Positions 13,854 to 22,864 of a DNA stretch of 24,000 nt are shown one piece after another. Made by a program: the position numbers and the translations under genes. The stretch's first letter is position 1, and each line of letters opens with the position of its first letter. Source of the DNA: Alishewanella longhuensis (GTDB taxonomy: Bacteria; Pseudomonadota; Gammaproteobacteria; Enterobacterales; Alteromonadaceae); NCBI RefSeq assembly GCF_014653435.1, contig NZ_BNAO01000001.1:507739-531738 (forward strand). Direction: 5' to 3'. A model generated the notes under the pieces. The model was not told the origin of the DNA and made no database searches. It saw only the letters and a list, made by a program, of their open reading frames with translations.

Positions 13854-15962
13854 ATGCTAGTTGAATGTCAGCACGATCTAAAACAACTGCTTAATTTGTT
13901 TTCGGCTAATGTACCGGGGTTCTTCTTTCAATTGCTTCGGGCAGCCTCAGGGCAATACAAGCTATTACTGGTTTCTGACAACGCCGAGCAGGCACTGGGT
14001 ATACCGATTTGCTCTTTGTCTGAACAGGCTAAATTGGCGTTGTCGCGGGTGCATGCTGACGATCAGGCCGCGCTGCAGCAAAGCTTAGCGTACTCGGCTC
14101 AGCACATCTCTCCCTGGAGTCTGCAATTTCGGTACTTACACCCTGCTGGTGGCCAACGTTGGTTTGAAGGGCATGCTACGCCCACACAACATGAAGAGCA
14201 CAGTTTGTTATGGCATGGCTATATCAATGATATTACGCCGATCAAATTGAATGAATTGGCCTTGGCCGAGTATGCCAGTCAGCATCGCGAGATTGTTGAT
14301 AATATCCTTGATGCTATTATCACTATTGATGAGCATGGCATTATAGAAACCTTTAGTAAGGCCGCCAGTCGCATTTTTGGCTATCAAGCTGCAGAAGTTA
14401 TTGGTGAGAATGTTGCGCTATTAATGCCAGAGCCATATAGCAGTACTCATAATCACTATATGCAAAACTATCGCCAAACGGGTGAAGCCAAAATTATTGG
14501 GAAAAGTCGGGAAACTCAGGGGCTACGCAAGGATGGGCGCCTGTTTAATATGGAGCTGCGGATTGCCCGCATCCAACAAGCTGATCGTTATAAATTTATT
14601 GGTATGGTGCGCGATTTATCAGAGCGTAAGCGTACCGAAGTATTAATTGAAAAGCTGGCCTTTTATGATCCCCTTACGCAATTACCCAACAGACGCTTGC
14701 TAAAACAACGTTTAACCGCCGCTTTGCAAGAGTGTAAGCTGCAAAAAGGGCTGGGGGCTTTGTTGTATATAGATTTAGATAATTTTAAGCACTTAAATGA
14801 TTCTTTAGGGCATGGCATCGGCGATCAGTTGCTGCGCCAGGTTGCCAGCCGTTTGCAGCAAAGTGTGCGCCAGCAAGATACGGTGGCAAGGCTAGGTGGT
14901 GACGAGTTTATTATTTTACTACTCAACCTGTCATCTGAGCAGCAAACGGCGGTGCAACAAGCTGAAACCGTTGCTGAAAAGGTGCGGGTGGCGCTCAATA
15001 CGCCTTTTACGCTGGAACAGCTGAGTTATGTAAGCAGCCCGAGTATCGGCATTACGCTGTTTTCTGATGATAATAATTCTATAGACGAGTTATTGCAGCA
15101 GGCAGATTTAGCCATGTATCAAGCCAAAGCTGCTGGTAAAAATCAAACGCATTTGTTTGACGTGGCCATGCAGATAAAGGCATCGGCTCGAACTCAATTA
15201 GAGAGTGAGTTGCGTCAGGCCATTACTAAACAACAATTGCAATTGTACTTTCAGGGGCTGCATGATCAACATGGTCATTTAGTTGGCGCCGAAGTCTTGC
15301 TACGCTGGTTTCATCCTGAGCTTGGCTCTGTAAGCCCTGCGGTCTTTATCCCTATCGCAGAAGAGAGTGGTCTTATTTTTGAGATCGGTAGTTGGGTAAT
15401 AGAGCAAGCCTGCCAGCAATTAGCGCAGTGGCTTGAGCGAGCTCCTGACTTGCAGTTAAAATTGTCTATTAATATCAGTGCACGGCAATTCCATCAGGAC
15501 GGTTTTTTACCGCAGGTGCTACGCACGCTAGAGCGTTTTAACAAAGTCCGTCAGGCACTGCAATTTGAATTAACCGAAAGCATCTTGGTCTCCCGGGTTG
15601 AGGAGGTGGTAACCAAGATGAATGTCCTAAGAAATTATGGCATTGCTTTTGCGCTAGATGATTTTGGTACGGGCTACTCGTCACTCAGTTATTTAAAGCG
15701 CTTGCCTTTAGCCTTGCTGAAAATAGATAGAAGTTTTATTGATGACATCTTGCATGATCCAAACGATGCCGCTATCGCCAGTACCGTTATAGCGCTGTCA
15801 AAAGCGCTGGGGTTAGATGTGATTGCCGAAGGAGTAGAAACCCTGGCCCAGCGCAATGCCCTGGCCGAGCTGGGTTGCTATTTCTACCAGGGTTATTACT
15901 TTAGCAAGCCATTACCTGCCAGCGAGTTTATGCAGCTACACTGTCCCGAGCTGGCGCATTAA
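13854..15962 (+). CDS. PAS-PAS-GGDEF-EAL c-di-GMP turnover protein
   Basis: Starts 2 nt after the aer-like stop. It has two PAS-like regions; the second reads IVDNILDAIITIDEHGIIETFSKAASRIFGY. The GGDEF domain has RQQD (an I-site RxxD 5 residues before the motif) and RLGGDEF. The EAL domain has EVLLRW, DDFGTGYSSLSYL, KIDRSFI, AEGVET and QGYYFSKP. Confidence 0.9.
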   Translation: MLVECQHDLKQLLNLFSANVPGFFFQLLRAASGQYKLLLVSDNAEQALGIPICSLSEQAKLALSRVHADDQAALQQSLAYSAQHISPWSLQFRYLHPAGGQRWFEGHATPTQHEEHSLLWHGYINDITPIKLNELALAEYASQHREIVDNILDAIITIDEHGIIETFSKAASRIFGYQAAEVIGENVALLMPEPYSSTHNHYMQNYRQTGEAKIIGKSRETQGLRKDGRLFNMELRIARIQQADRYKFIGMVRDLSERKRTEVLIEKLAFYDPLTQLPNRRLLKQRLTAALQECKLQKGLGALLYIDLDNFKHLNDSLGHGIGDQLLRQVASRLQQSVRQQDTVARLGGDEFIILLLNLSSEQQTAVQQAETVAEKVRVALNTPFTLEQLSYVSSPSIGITLFSDDNNSIDELLQQADLAMYQAKAAGKNQTHLFDVAMQIKASARTQLESELRQAITKQQLQLYFQGLHDQHGHLVGAEVLLRWFHPELGSVSPAVFIPIAEESGLIFEIGSWVIEQACQQLAQWLERAPDLQLKLSINISARQFHQDGFLPQVLRTLERFNKVRQALQFELTESILVSRVEEVVTKMNVLRNYGIAFALDDFGTGYSSLSYLKRLPLALLKIDRSFIDDILHDPNDAAIASTVIALSKALGLDVIAEGVETLAQRNALAELGCYFYQGYYFSKPLPASEFMQLHCPELAH

Positions 15963-15980
15963 CCTAAGCGGTGCGTTAAA

Positions 15981-17318
15981 TTACGCTTTTAATACTGCAA
16001 TATTACGCCCGGCTTTTTTCGCGGCGTACAAGGCTTCATCGGCTCTTTTTAGGAGTTGCATAGGAGTTTCGCCTTTTTGTTTGATGCAGCAACCCAGGCT
16101 GATTGTAACGTTAACAGTTTTCTCAGCCGCACCGCTACCGCGCTGGGTTTTACCGGTATCGGCTTGGTTGGGGCGATCGGGTTTACGTATCACTAGCGGA
16201 TATTCGGCCACGGCTAACCTGACTTCTTCGAGCTTTTCTTGCAGTAGCTCAGGATTATTATGGCTAAAAACCAACGTAAACTCTTCGCCACCGTAGCGGT
16301 AAGCCTTTAACCCCTTAATGCTATTCAATATACTACCTAATAGTTTTAGTACCTGATCACCCACATCATGGCCATAGGTATCGTTAAACTTTTTGAAGTG
16401 ATCAACATCCAGCATACATACCGCACTCTTGCGTCCTAAACGATTTAAATGCGATAGCAAAGCCCGCCGCTGTGGTAGTTGCGTTAACTCATCAATATAA
16501 GCCAAATGCAGCATTTGAAAGGCGAGCGTGAGTAAGATAGCTAGAGTCGCCGCGACTATACTCCAGCCTGCAAATTCGGGTTTATAACTTACCTCCATGC
16601 CAATTATAGTGGCCAGCCATATTGCAAACTGCCCCCACTGTGCCGGATTGCGCATTTTGACATTAATAATAATGAGCCAGATCCCAGCGATAATTAGTAA
16701 AAACCATGCATGTAACCAGGTTAAACCTTGGCATCCTGGCAAGTGTTGCAATACTACTGAGGGTAATTGGGCTTTTGCTAACCAGACATTAAGCGGTAAA
16801 GCCACGCCCAAAAATAACAATGCCGGACCACTGAGTAACAGCAATATGCCGGCTGGCTTGCTCAGCAATGGTTTGGGGATTACTGCCAGCAGTAACATAG
16901 TGACGGCGGTTAACAGCGGAAGTACGGCAAGCTGAGTAATCTGTCCCTCTGCCATATTGCCCGTTACCGCACTATTAGCGGCACTGCTGAATTGCAGAGC
17001 CGCAAAATAGCTTGCTAAAAGCGCTAACCAATACAGCCAATCGGTTTGCCGCATTAATGCCGCTAATAAAGCTATGGTGGCCAATGCCAGATAGGCTGTT
17101 TCAGGAAAGGGGAGTATATAAAATACCGGTAGGTCGGGATAAAAGCACACTGCAATGAGAAGAAGTAACAGCGGAGATAGAATAATAAGTGGCACAATTA
17201 CCTCGGTGTGGCTGCAAGTGAGTTTGAAATGGCTTGCCAGAGCGCAGAATAGTGTAACAGTAACGAGCAGGCAAGTGTTTGCCAATCCCCGCCGTTTATC
17301 GCCAACCACGTTAAACAC
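15981..17318 (-). CDS. Integral-membrane diguanylate cyclase (multi-TM N-terminal domain plus GGDEF)
   Basis: About 280 aa of TM helices are followed by DELTQLPQRRAL...MLDVDHFKKFNDTYGHDVGDQVL...YRYGGEEFTLVF...ADEALYAAKKAGRN. There is no RxxD I-site before GGEEF. The ORF opens at a GTG (17318-17316), so the true start is uncertain. Confidence 0.85.
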   Translation of the reverse strand: MFNVVGDKRRGLANTCLLVTVTLFCALASHFKLTCSHTEVIVPLIILSPLLLLLIAVCFYPDLPVFYILPFPETAYLALATIALLAALMRQTDWLYWLALLASYFAALQFSSAANSAVTGNMAEGQITQLAVLPLLTAVTMLLLAVIPKPLLSKPAGILLLLSGPALLFLGVALPLNVWLAKAQLPSVVLQHLPGCQGLTWLHAWFLLIIAGIWLIIINVKMRNPAQWGQFAIWLATIIGMEVSYKPEFAGWSIVAATLAILLTLAFQMLHLAYIDELTQLPQRRALLSHLNRLGRKSAVCMLDVDHFKKFNDTYGHDVGDQVLKLLGSILNSIKGLKAYRYGGEEFTLVFSHNNPELLQEKLEEVRLAVAEYPLVIRKPDRPNQADTGKTQRGSGAAEKTVNVTISLGCCIKQKGETPMQLLKRADEALYAAKKAGRNIAVLKA

Positions 17319-17442
17319 CCTAATGCATTACTAAAGCAGGGCTGCTAAGATGCTCTGGTAATCTTACTAAGCCGGTTTGGTATGGACAGCAGTGAATCTA
17401 ATACGTAAATACCTTTTAGATCGTAAACTCGCTTTGCGAATC

Positions 17443-19296
17443 ATGCTTTCGCTAAGTTATCTATCAATGGCATTTGCCTTACTTACTGGCTGCGCCATGG
17501 TGTCGGTATCCAGTGTAGATAGCCGCGATTATGTAAAGCAGCGCCGTGGTGACGTATTAACTACCGGAGAGTTTAGTCAGTATAGTTTGGCAGTACTGCA
17601 AATCTTAGGGCAAGAACGCAGCGCTTGCGAAAAACGTGCAGCCGAGTGTGCCGAAATGCTGCATACCGCACTAGGGTTAACCATGCCACAGCGGTTGTCA
17701 GCTATGTCAGAGCTTTGGATGTATCAAGCGCTTTCTTTGGGTAAGCAACCGTTGCAAGGTGCTGAAGAAGAGGTAAATGCTTACCTAATGAGTGCGCGTT
17801 ATGCTTATGCTTATTTATTTTTTTCCGGTGTAGCGCCGTCCCAACGAGTGTTCGAAGATCGGCAAACGCAGGTAAGAGATTACTATAATTTTGCAGTGCA
17901 GCAGGTAGCCGTTTTGTTATTTGAGCATCAAAACAAAGTAAAGCAACAAAGCGGTCGTTATCAAATTGGCCATTGGCAAATTGACACTGAGTTCCAGCAT
18001 AGTCGTTATCATCCGCAGCGCTTACCAGAGCAGCTACTCCCTGCTGCAGCGCTCTCTTTTAAAGGGATCCGTAATCAGTTTCGCCGTGATGGCTTAGGTG
18101 CTGAGTTGGTTGCTGTAGCCGATACCTCAGTGAAGGCAGAAAACGTTTTTAGTATGTTACCGACGCCCATCGTCACGGCGTTATTGGCTTTTAATGGCAA
18201 TACCCTGTCTCAGTTACTGAGCAGTGATAGTGTGACGCTGGCGCTATTAGATCCTTTGCAGCACGCGTCTTTTCAAACTAATGTTGCTCAGGTGCCACTG
18301 GCTGCCAATTTTACCGCCAGTTATGGTTTATGGTTGGCCCGTTCAGACTTTTCCCGTCAAGCGTTTCGTAATTTGATGGGGTCAGCCAGTGCTTTGCAAA
18401 GCCCACATATTTTTATGCTGCAGCCTTATGATCCTAATCGCAAAATTATTTTAATGTTGCACGGTATTGCCAGTAGCCCCGAGGCTTGGGTTAATACGGC
18501 CAATGAGGTATTGGGTGATGCGGCGCTGCGTGAGCGTTATCAACTTTGGCAACTTTACTATCCCACCAACTTACCCTTGATTATTAATTTACAAAGTATT
18601 CGGGAAACCGTATTAACAACCTTGCAAACGGTTGATCCAACAGGGGGTGCTGCGGCGTCGGATGATATGGTCATTATCGGTCATAGCATGGGGGGCTTAT
18701 TAGCACGTTTGTTAGTATCGGAGGATGACGGGGCCTTTTTAGACAGACTTAGCGAGTTGTTGCAGTTGGATCCTCAGCGTAAAAGGCGTTTAGCAAGTCG
18801 CTTTAGTGCTGAGCTGACGATTACCCCTCTGCCAGGAGTCACCCGGGCGGTGTTTATTGCCGCACCGCATCGTGGTACCAGTGTGGCGGATTACCGGCTG
18901 GCACGCTGGTTAGCCGGTCTTATTACCTTACCGGTAAAAGTGATTGAAAAGGTGCAGCAGTTTGCTGAAGTGATACTAGAGCCTGAGCAGCAAATTGAAG
19001 CACCCAAAGTCAGGTTTACTAGTATTGATAACCTAAGTGAGCACGATAGCTTTATTCGGGCGGCAGTAGTTTTGCCGCTACACAGTAAGGTGCGCTACCA
19101 CTCAATTATTGCAGTGGAAAAACCCGCCTTGCCAATAGAGCAGCAGTCTGATGGGGTTGTACCTTACTTGAGCGCACATTTAGCGGGTGCTGAGTCTGAA
19201 ATGGTTATCCGATCTGGTCATAGCGTCCAGGAAACCTCGGCCGCTATTCTTGAAATCCGACGCATTCTTTATCAACACCTGACAGAGTTGCCTTAG
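17443..19296 (+). CDS. Lipoprotein alpha/beta-hydrolase (GHSMGG nucleophile elbow) with large N-terminal domain of unknown function
   Basis: Lipobox LLTG|C (Cys codon at 17491). The hydrolase core comprises ILMLHGIASSPEAW, IIGHSMGGLLARLL (Ser codon at 18685), APHRGT, SDGVVPY and RSGHSVQE. The start is ambiguous: ATG 17443 is used here, but GTG 17392 would add a positively charged n-region and TTG 17377 opens the ORF. Confidence 0.8.
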   Translation: MLSLSYLSMAFALLTGCAMVSVSSVDSRDYVKQRRGDVLTTGEFSQYSLAVLQILGQERSACEKRAAECAEMLHTALGLTMPQRLSAMSELWMYQALSLGKQPLQGAEEEVNAYLMSARYAYAYLFFSGVAPSQRVFEDRQTQVRDYYNFAVQQVAVLLFEHQNKVKQQSGRYQIGHWQIDTEFQHSRYHPQRLPEQLLPAAALSFKGIRNQFRRDGLGAELVAVADTSVKAENVFSMLPTPIVTALLAFNGNTLSQLLSSDSVTLALLDPLQHASFQTNVAQVPLAANFTASYGLWLARSDFSRQAFRNLMGSASALQSPHIFMLQPYDPNRKIILMLHGIASSPEAWVNTANEVLGDAALRERYQLWQLYYPTNLPLIINLQSIRETVLTTLQTVDPTGGAAASDDMVIIGHSMGGLLARLLVSEDDGAFLDRLSELLQLDPQRKRRLASRFSAELTITPLPGVTRAVFIAAPHRGTSVADYRLARWLAGLITLPVKVIEKVQQFAEVILEPEQQIEAPKVRFTSIDNLSEHDSFIRAAVVLPLHSKVRYHSIIAVEKPALPIEQQSDGVVPYLSAHLAGAESEMVIRSGHSVQETSAAILEIRRILYQHLTELP

Positions 19297-19359
19297 CCTA
19301 CGCTACTAAGCAACAACTTGCTTTTTATCACAAGTGGCGATATAAGTGCTGTAAATATA

Positions 19360-19399
19360 GAAAGTCCGTAGGCTAATGCCCGCGGGCTTTCTTTTTTTC
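19360..19399 (+). terminator. Rho-independent terminator of the hydrolase gene
   Basis: GAAAGTCCGTAGGC, loop TAAT, GCCCGCGGGCTTTC (14-position stem: 11 Watson-Crick pairs, two G-U pairs and one mismatch), followed by TTTCTTTTTTTC. Confidence 0.75.
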
Positions 19400-19425
19400 A
19401 GCAGCAAACTTTTTAGGAGTAGCGT

Positions 19426-19833
19426 ATGAGTTCGCAACCGGCAATTATCGTTTCGAGTCTGGATATGGATAGGATAGAGGCATTAATTGAAAAAATGCCG
19501 CGTCTCACCCCGGAGGTGGAACAGCTGGAAAACGAGCTGGATCGCGCCACGATAGTGGCGCCAGAAGCCATACCGGCAAATGTTGTCACGATGAACTCGA
19601 CGGTACGCTTTAAGTTTATTGGCGATGATAAAGTGTTTGAGAAAACCTTGGTTTATCCACATGATCTAAAACATGACGAACAGGTCTCTATTTTTGCGCC
19701 AGTAGGTAGTGCGTTATTGGGGTTAGCTGTTGGCCAATCACTAAATTGGCCCATGCCTAATAGCCAAAGCCGCACTGTAGAAATTTTAGAGGTGCTGTAT
19801 CAACCAGAGCGCGCTGGCGAGTATTTACGCTAA
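19426..19833 (+). CDS. rnk: Regulator of nucleoside diphosphate kinase Rnk (GreA/GreB C-terminal-domain family)
   Basis: AGGAG SD. The 135-aa protein is colinear with E. coli Rnk as I recall it: IIVSSLDMDRIEALIEK..., VVTMNSTVRF, LVYPHD, SIFAPVGSALLGLAVGQSLNW, and LEVLYQPERAGEYL at the C-terminus. Confidence 0.9.
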   Translation: MSSQPAIIVSSLDMDRIEALIEKMPRLTPEVEQLENELDRATIVAPEAIPANVVTMNSTVRFKFIGDDKVFEKTLVYPHDLKHDEQVSIFAPVGSALLGLAVGQSLNWPMPNSQSRTVEILEVLYQPERAGEYLR

Positions 19834-19871
19834 GCTCTGTAGCAGAAAAGTGGCCAGATGTACGCTACTGC

Positions 19872-19913
19872 TTGCGACAGATCAAGGCAGTAGCGGCTAG
19901 AGACTTTTATACT
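19872..19913 (+). promoter_or_regulatory. FNR/Anr-type class II promoter for hemN
   Basis: TTGCG-ACAG-ATCAA (19872-19885) matches 8 of 10 positions of TTGAT-N4-ATCAA. TATACT at 19908-19913 places the site centre about 41.5 bp upstream of a predicted TSS near 19920. The site sits inside a longer inverted repeat, 19863-19871 / 19887-19895. Confidence 0.55.
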
Positions 19914-19951
19914 GGTAGCCTTAAGTGATGCAGTGCAGGCAAGGGTACCAG

Positions 19952-21313
19952 ATGCAAAGATTTGAATGGGATGCGGCCTTAGTGGCTAAATACAATATTA
20001 ATGGGCCGCGTTATACCTCTTACCCTACCGCGTTAGCTTTGCAGACTAACTTTGAACAGGCGGCTATTGCCAGCGCAATACGAGGCGCCGGGCCAGAGCT
20101 GAGCCTGTATTTACACATCCCGTTTTGCCATAAGCTTTGTTACTACTGTGGTTGCAATAAAATTGTGACCCGCCATCAGCATAAAGCCGATCAGTATTTA
20201 GAAGCATTAGCGCACGAAATGGCTTTTTACCAGCCACAGGTAAGCAATAAAGTGATTAATCTTCTGCACTTGGGTGGCGGTACTCCGACTTTTTTAACGG
20301 AAGCACAATTAAGTCATTTGATGGTGTTACTGCGGCAGCATTTTACTATTTTGCCGGATGCTGAGATTAGTATTGAAATTGATCCCCGTAGTTGCAGTGA
20401 CAATAAACTTCGCCATTTAAAGCAACTAGGCTTTAACCGGGTTAGCTTTGGGGTGCAGGATCTGGATGAGAAAGTGCAGATTGCGATCAACCGGGTACAG
20501 GATACTGACTTAATCCGACATCAGGTAAAACTTTGTCGCGAGCTGGGTTTTAGCTCGGTCAATTTAGATTTAATTTATGGTTTGCCTTATCAACAACAGG
20601 ACAGTTTTGCCGAAACGGTGGCTGAAATTATCCGGCTGGATCCTGATCGTATTTCGTTATTTAGCTATGCCCATTTACCTGAGCGGTTTGCAGCTCAGCG
20701 CAAAATCCCCGATAGCAGCTTGCCGCAGGGGCCGGAAAAACTTGCCTTAATGCAGTTGGCTATTAGCCAATTTGTGGCAGCGGGTTACCAGTTTATTGGT
20801 ATGGACCATTTTGCCAAAGCTGATGATACCCTGGCCAAAGCGCAGCAAGCTGGCAAATTGCAACGTAATTTTCAGGGATATACCACCGCTGGACAGGACG
20901 CGCTGCTGGGCTTAGGGGTATCCAGTATTAGCCAGATTAATGGCGTCTTGTGGCAAAACAGCAAAGCACTACCGGCCTATTATGCTGCTTTGCTTGAGGG
21001 GAAATTGCCGGTAGAGCGGGGTGTTACTTTAACGCAGGATGATAGATTACGTGCGGCCCTGATAAGCCAACTTATTTGCCATTTCACTTTAGATATCACA
21101 ACCTTTAGTGCGCAATGGCAGCTCCCCCATTTTTGGGATTATTTTGATACTGCCTTACAACAGCTACAGCCCTTTATGGAAGACGGCCTGGTGGAAGTGT
21201 ATGCTGGGCGACTCCAAGTTACTGAACTGGGACGACTTTGGGTGCGCAGCATCTGTGCTTGCTTTGATGCCTACTTACTGCAAGGACAACAGCGTTACTC
21301 CAAGGTGGTGTAG
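19952..21313 (+). CDS. hemN: Oxygen-independent coproporphyrinogen III oxidase (radical SAM) HemN
   Basis: The protein is colinear with E. coli HemN from the N-terminus: WDAALVAKYNINGPRYTSYPTAL, LSLYLHIPFCHKLCYYCGCNKIVTR (CX3CX2C), and HLGGGTPTFL. ATG 19952 aligns with the E. coli N-terminus and leaves a roughly 30-nt leader from the predicted TSS. The ORF opens earlier, at GTG 19925 / ATG 19928. Confidence 0.93.
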   Translation: MQRFEWDAALVAKYNINGPRYTSYPTALALQTNFEQAAIASAIRGAGPELSLYLHIPFCHKLCYYCGCNKIVTRHQHKADQYLEALAHEMAFYQPQVSNKVINLLHLGGGTPTFLTEAQLSHLMVLLRQHFTILPDAEISIEIDPRSCSDNKLRHLKQLGFNRVSFGVQDLDEKVQIAINRVQDTDLIRHQVKLCRELGFSSVNLDLIYGLPYQQQDSFAETVAEIIRLDPDRISLFSYAHLPERFAAQRKIPDSSLPQGPEKLALMQLAISQFVAAGYQFIGMDHFAKADDTLAKAQQAGKLQRNFQGYTTAGQDALLGLGVSSISQINGVLWQNSKALPAYYAALLEGKLPVERGVTLTQDDRLRAALISQLICHFTLDITTFSAQWQLPHFWDYFDTALQQLQPFMEDGLVEVYAGRLQVTELGRLWVRSICACFDAYLLQGQQRYSKVV

Positions 21314-21537
21314 TACTTTAGTACTATTCTCCGGTTGGCGGCTCTTCTTTATGCAAACGACAATCTGGCTTAAACCCAGAGGCCTTCTGACGCCTTCCTT
21401 TATCTTTGTAAAACACTTGTATTCTTCAAGCAAACTGAGGGGGCTGAGTATATACTATAATTTTTAATAGCGGTTTCAGCACGGCTTGTCTTTTACTGCC
21501 ATAGTCATATGCTCTGAACAAGGATTGATAAGGCTAT

Positions 21538-22512
21538 ATGTTACTAAAAAACTTTAATGTTTTGGTATTAGATGACGTTATCCTAATGTGTGATTTCCTC
21601 TATGGTGTGGCCAATAAGGTTGCAGGATGTAAGGCATTTAAGGCGTTGGATGCCAAAACTGCCAGCGAAGTTTTGGAACACGAAAATATCGATTTATTAA
21701 TAACTGATATCGAGTTGAAAGGCCCAAGCGGTTTGGAGTTGCTCTCAAAAGTCCGCTCTGGGCTTTTTGCTAATACAGCTCATGATATTCCCATCATCAT
21801 TTTCTCAGGCAATGCTTATCGTGAGTTGATTCAACAATGTATTTTATTTGATGTGAATGATTTTTTGGCAAAGCCGTTAACCGCCGACCAATTAAGCAAG
21901 AAAATTCAGCATCATTTGCGACATGAAAAGCTTATCCAGCCCGCTGCGCACTATCTGGAAATGAAACAACGTATAGAGACACCTGCTGTTCAAGGTGATG
22001 AGGAAGAGGAGCGTCGCTTTCGAGTTGCGATAGTCAGAGAGCTGGCCCAAAAAGCAGAGCAGGAAGAAGCGGAGTTAGATGAGAATGGTCAACAGTTAGA
22101 GAAACGTGATTTTTTGTATTGGCCTGAAGATGCGACAACTGGCTACTATCAGCTAGATCGACGTTTGCGGAATTTGGCTTATAACTTGAGTTGTTTTCAC
22201 AATGTATTTATCAACAATTGCAAACCGGTAGCTATTGAAGCTGAGCGTAAAAGAGCATGTGCCGCAGCAGATTATTTATTGCATATTGTAAAGTCGATGC
22301 GACAGCGCGAACAGCGGCCGGAATTTTGGAGCATGCTGCAGATACGCCTGGATAAACTGAGCGCGTTAATGGCAGAGCTCGCTGTGATTAATGTAAAACA
22401 TCATAATAACATTTTGGCGCTTTTGAAGAAATTCGCTTATTGGTGGATGCAAACCTGCAATAAGCCCTTAATTCAGCGGACGGATGGCAGTGATGATAAA
22501 TCTTCCAGATGA
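21538..22512 (+). CDS. Response regulator: N-terminal REC domain plus about 190-aa C-terminal domain of unknown function
   Basis: REC hallmarks are present: VLVLDD, DLLITDIELKGPSGLELL (phospho-Asp), IIIFSG and LAKP. An acidic linker follows (QGDEEEERR...EQEEAELDENG), then a helical region I cannot assign (YQLDRRLRNLAYNLSCFHNVF...YLLHIVKSMRQ...). Confidence 0.8.
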   Translation: MLLKNFNVLVLDDVILMCDFLYGVANKVAGCKAFKALDAKTASEVLEHENIDLLITDIELKGPSGLELLSKVRSGLFANTAHDIPIIIFSGNAYRELIQQCILFDVNDFLAKPLTADQLSKKIQHHLRHEKLIQPAAHYLEMKQRIETPAVQGDEEEERRFRVAIVRELAQKAEQEEAELDENGQQLEKRDFLYWPEDATTGYYQLDRRLRNLAYNLSCFHNVFINNCKPVAIEAERKRACAAADYLLHIVKSMRQREQRPEFWSMLQIRLDKLSALMAELAVINVKHHNNILALLKKFAYWWMQTCNKPLIQRTDGSDDKSSR

Positions 22513-22855
22513 TGCCACTATTCTTGACTTGGACGTGCTGACCGCGATGTATGGTGACAGTAGTGAAGAGACGATAGTGTTTGCGCTAACGGGGTTTTAT
22601 CTGGCGGCTTCCGGCTACATGCAAGATATTCAACAGGCGATGAAAGCGAGTAATCTGACTGCTTTAGCGATTGCAGCGCATAGTTTAAAAGGTATCTGTG
22701 GTTTAGTGGGGGCGAAACCCATGGCGGGACTCAGTAATCAGTTAGAGCACGCGGCACGTAGCGGTGATACTGAACAATTACAGAAAGCATTGCTAATGCT
22801 GCCAGAGAGCTGGCAGCTACTACAACAGCAGTTAAAGTTAGTATTAAAGCAATAA
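22484..22855 (+). CDS. Hpt (histidine phosphotransfer) domain protein
   Basis: AAHSLKGICGLVGA contains the canonical HSLKG phospho-His motif (His66 when counted from ATG 22484). The protein looks like a four-helix bundle of appropriate size. The start is either 22484 or 22493, and both overlap the preceding gene. Confidence 0.8.
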   Translation: MAVMINLPDDATILDLDVLTAMYGDSSEETIVFALTGFYLAASGYMQDIQQAMKASNLTALAIAAHSLKGICGLVGAKPMAGLSNQLEHAARSGDTEQLQKALLMLPESWQLLQQQLKLVLKQ

Positions 22856-22864
22856 GGAGAGTCC

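Noticed and set aside
15856-16935. ORFs 15856-16296 + and 16597-16935 + overlapping the EAL gene end and the membrane GGDEF gene
   Set aside because: They are shadow frames of strongly supported genes, and their translations are low-complexity.
21315-21396. Two weak hairpins after hemN (TAGTAC-TTTA-GTACTA at about 21315-21330 and AGGC-N8-GCCT at about 21380-21395)
   Set aside because: The stems are only 4-6 bp with poor U-tracts. That is not enough to call a terminator.
21108-21467. 119-aa ORF overlapping the hemN 3' end and extending into the intergenic region
   Set aside because: It is out of frame within hemN for about 200 nt, has no SD, and its translation has no recognisable features.
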